Below, in pieces: positions 8,133-12,562 of a stretch of DNA of 12,562 bases. The stretch's first letter is position 1; the number at the start of each line of letters is the position of its first letter. This DNA comes from Kofleriaceae bacterium (GTDB lineage Bacteria; Myxococcota_A; Polyangia; Haliangiales; Haliangiaceae). A program made the position numbers and the translations under genes. The notes beneath the pieces were generated by a model. The model saw only the letters and a program-made list of their open reading frames with translations, was not told the DNA's origin and did not search any database. The stretch covers positions 1-12,562 of the forward strand of contig JBKJLC010000096.1 of assembly GCA_046597055.1 (NCBI GenBank). The letters run 5' to 3'.

Positions 8133-8291
8133 CTACATGCGGCCGGTGAGCAGCAAGATCGCGAGGATCACGAGCAGGATGCCGGCCGGCGACCAGCCGG
8201 CGGCGCCGTAGCGCGAGTGGCCAACTCCACCGCCGGCGAACGCGAGGACCAGGAGGACGACGATGATGAGGGTCAGCATGTGCGTCATCAT
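8133..8291 (-). CDS. Small two-TM membrane protein, DUF3309-like, 52 aa (alternative starts at 8288 and 8279)
   Basis: Hand translation gives MMTHMLTLIIVVLLVLAFAGGGVGHSRYGAAGWSPAGILLVILAILLLTGRM*. Two hydrophobic helices flank an HSR.G...P.G loop, and it ends LLLTGR. GGAGGCGGAG lies upstream. It is below the ORF track cutoff. Confidence 0.85.
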   Translation of the reverse strand: MMTHMLTLIIVVLLVLAFAGGGVGHSRYGAAGWSPAGILLVILAILLLTGRM

Positions 8292-8337
8292 TGCAACTCC
8301 GCCTCCAGCTGACGGTCGGCGCTACGCTGCTGGAATC

Positions 8338-8346
8338 ACGGTAACA
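8338..8346 (-). promoter_or_regulatory. Candidate extended -10 (TGT-TACCGT) for the small membrane protein gene
   Basis: Minus strand TGTTACCGT fits TGnTAnnnT, 46 nt upstream of ATG 8291. Confidence 0.35.
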
Positions 8347-8465
8347 CCAGTGTGCTGACGCGCCTGAATCGAGCGTGACCGCCCGGTGAGCGTGCTCGCC
8401 CGCGCAGTCGCACACTGCCCGCACGGCTGCCTGGCCAACGGCATCAACCTCGACGAGTGAGCGCC

Positions 8466-8481
8466 GGGCGGCCGGCCGCCC
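8466..8481 (-). terminator. GC palindrome just after the tldE stop; possible terminator or mRNA-stabilising hairpin
   Basis: Perfect 16-nt palindrome GGGCGGCCGGCCGCCC, 6 nt past the stop. There is no U-tract, and it could be chance at this GC content. Confidence 0.3.
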
Positions 8482-8487
8482 CCGAGG

Positions 8488-9882
<1,395 letters not shown>

Positions 9883-9896
9883 GGTCCTCGTGCTTC

Positions 9897-11351
<1,455 letters not shown>

Positions 11352-11357
11352 CCCCGG

Positions 11358-11363
11358 ACTATA
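11358..11363 (-). promoter_or_regulatory. -10 box TATAGT 6 nt upstream of the tldD ATG (leaderless promoter candidate)
   Basis: Minus strand TATAGT-CCGGGG-ATG is a 5/6 match to TATAAT in a very GC-rich background. No spaced Shine-Dalgarno sequence. Confidence 0.6.
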
Positions 11364-11414
11364 GACGGGGGTTGGCGCACGCGCTCGCCACCCGAACGGG
11401 TAGTTGGCGCCGGC

Positions 11415-12032
11415 TTACTTGCCGTCGCGGCCGGTCACGCCGGCGAGCGCGGCCTCGGCGGCGGCCGCCGCCTCGCGGATGTCCGCCTCGGTGCCGCCCA
11501 GCCACAGACGCCCGAACGCGCCGAAGGTGATGACCTCGAGCAGGTGGACGGTCGCCGCCTTCTCGGCCTCGTTCGCGGCCAGCGCCGCGTAGGCGGCCGG
11601 ATAGACCTCGAGGATATAGAGCGTCTGGCCCGCGACGATCATGTCGCCGTGGCGCATCCGATTGATGAGCTGGCTCTGGTGACCGTCGAGCCCGGTGATG
11701 ATCTGCGACGAGACCACCCGCGGCTTGATCCGATCCTCGACCTTCGCGCCCATGCTGCCGAGCATGACCTCGGCGGCGGCCTCGACCTGGCCGCGATCCC
11801 GGTCATGCAGCTCGAGCATGCCGTAGGCGCGCTCGACGATCTGCATGCCGGGCCGGCAGGTGGTCGCCTTGAGGGCGACGTCGGTGAGCTGGTTGATCGC
11901 GATACCAGGCGCGATCTCGATGAACAGCGCCGCCTCGAAATCGAGCGGCATGTAGCCCGCCGACACCGTCTGCAGGAAGCCCGTCAGCTGCGGCTGCAGC
12001 GAGTCGAGGACGATGAGCGCGCGGAGCTCCAT
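11415..12032 (-). CDS. Bacterial microcompartment shell protein, circularly permuted tandem-domain double-stacking trimer (BMC-Tdp; CsoS1D/CcmP/H. ochraceum BMC-T3-like), 205 aa
   Basis: ELR....[39 protein letters not shown] (gate Glu67-Arg68), [42 protein letters not shown]. These are characteristic CcmP/CsoS1D-family motifs. Confidence 0.93.
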   Translation of the reverse strand: MELRALIVLDSLQPQLTGFLQTVSAGYMPLDFEAALFIEIAPGIAINQLTDVALKATTCRPGMQIVERAYGMLELHDRDRGQVEAAAEVMLGSMGAKVEDRIKPRVVSSQIITGLDGHQSQLINRMRHGDMIVAGQTLYILEVYPAAYAALAANEAEKAATVHLLEVITFGAFGRLWLGGTEADIREAAAAAEAALAGVTGRDGK

Positions 12033-12041
12033 GCGGCGCCG

Positions 12042-12050
12042 ACGCTAGCA
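12042..12050 (-). promoter_or_regulatory. Candidate extended -10 (TGC-TAGCGT) 9 nt upstream of the BMC-T ATG
   Basis: Minus strand TGCTAGCGTCGGCGCCGC-ATG; no clear Shine-Dalgarno sequence in the 23-nt gap. Confidence 0.45.
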
Positions 12051-12055
12051 CGCCT

Positions 12056-12562
12056 TCAGCGGCGCTTGCCGGGCCGCCCGCCGGGGGCGGGGCGCCGGGT
12101 CGTGCTGCTCGCCGGCTTGCCCGAGCTCCGGGCCGCGCCGGTGCCGCCGCGGCTCGCACCTGGCCGCGCCGCGCCGCGACCCGAGGTCGGGCGCTCCGGG
12201 CGGCTGGCGTTGCGTCCACCGGACGGGGCCGCGCGCCGGGGCGGCGGGCCGCTCCGGGTCGGCGGGCCGCGGCGGGCGTCGTCGCGCGCCGGCGGGCCGC
12301 GACGGGCGTCGTCACGGCGCGGGGGCGCACCACGGTCGTCGCGCCGGGGCGCGGCGGAGCGGGTGTCGCGCCGGGGCGGTGCGCCGGTGCGGGCGTCGTC
12401 GCGCCGGGGCGGTGCGCCGCGGTCGTCGCGCCGGGGCGGTGCGCCGCGGTCGTCGCGCCGGGGCGCGGCAGTGCGGGTGTCGCGCCGGGGCGGCGCGCCG
12501 CGGTCGTCGCGCCGGGGCGGCGCGCTGCGGTCGTCGCGCCGGGGCGGTGCGCCGCGGTCGTC
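12056..12562 (-). CDS. 3' fragment (168 codons plus TGA) of a gene entering from outside the window; low-complexity R/D/G/P repeat tail, product unknown
   Basis: The frame is open from 12562 to TGA at 12058-12056: DDRGAPPRRDDRSAPPRR...ARSSGKPASSTTRRPAPGGRPGKRR*. Third codon positions are mostly G/C, repeat variation keeps the frame, and the stop lies 23 nt before the BMC-T start. Confidence 0.78.
   Translation of the reverse strand, partial: DDRGAPPRRDDRSAPPRRDDRGAPPRRDTRTAAPRRDDRGAPPRRDDRGAPPRRDDARTGAPPRRDTRSAAPRRDDRGAPPRRDDARRGPPARDDARRGPPTRSGPPPRRAAPSGGRNASRPERPTSGRGAARPGASRGGTGAARSSGKPASSTTRRPAPGGRPGKRR
12254..12562 (-). repeat. 27-bp coding tandem repeat (consensus GACGACCGCGGCGCRCCGCCCCGGCGC = DDRGAPPRR); at least 9 units plus 2 degenerate 30-bp units, running off the window
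   Basis: Units in order: DDRGAPPRR, DDRSAPPRR, DDRGAPPRR, DTRTAAPRR, DDRGAPPRR, DDRGAPPRR, DDARTGAPPRR, DTRSAAPRR, DDRGAPPRR, DDARRGPPAR, DDARRGPPTR. Confidence 0.92.

Noticed and set aside
11415..12032. Carboxysome gene (ccmP/csoS1D) implying carbon fixation
   Set aside because: It belongs to the same structural class, but no RuBisCO or carboxysome genes are present and it better resembles the Haliangium-type protein, so no gene symbol was given.
11803..12333. Track ORF MVRPRAVTTP... (176 aa)
   Set aside because: It is an alternative frame of the repeat-tail gene, overlaps BMC-T by 230 nt and has no recognisable motifs.
12254..12562. 27-bp repeats as a CRISPR array
   Set aside because: The units are contiguous with no unique spacers, lengths are multiples of 3, they translate in an open frame, and no cas genes are present.

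Overview
Very GC-rich bacterial window, most likely Myxococcota (Haliangium/Kofleria-like; inferred from myxobacterial Cys-rich repeats and a shell protein that, from memory, closely resembles Haliangium ochraceum BMC-T3). From left to right it holds: an initiator tRNA-fMet (-, cut at the edge); an orphan PAS histidine kinase (-); a 579-aa Cys-rich repeat lipoprotein (-) divergent from a CHASE2 class III adenylate cyclase (+); a HAD hydrolase, a BKACE/DUF849 enzyme and a CysQ-like phosphatase (all +); a 52-aa DUF3309-like membrane protein missed by the ORF track (-); tldE/pmbA and tldD (-); a lone circularly permuted, gated BMC-T shell gene (-); and the 3' end of a gene whose tail is a 9-aa DDRGAPPRR tandem repeat (-, also missed by the track). 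No mobile element or CRISPR array is visible. The most interesting signals are (i) the satellite microcompartment shell gene between a disordered repeat-tail gene and the TldD/E protease, (ii) -10 boxes placed 6-9 nt before start codons that lack a Shine-Dalgarno site (leaderless transcription), (iii) the ~79-aa, 10-Cys super-repeat and unrecognised C-terminal domain of the lipoprotein, and (iv) a possible adenine-nucleotide cluster (cyclase, nucleotidase-like HAD, CysQ). All calls come from motif reading by eye; no searches were run.
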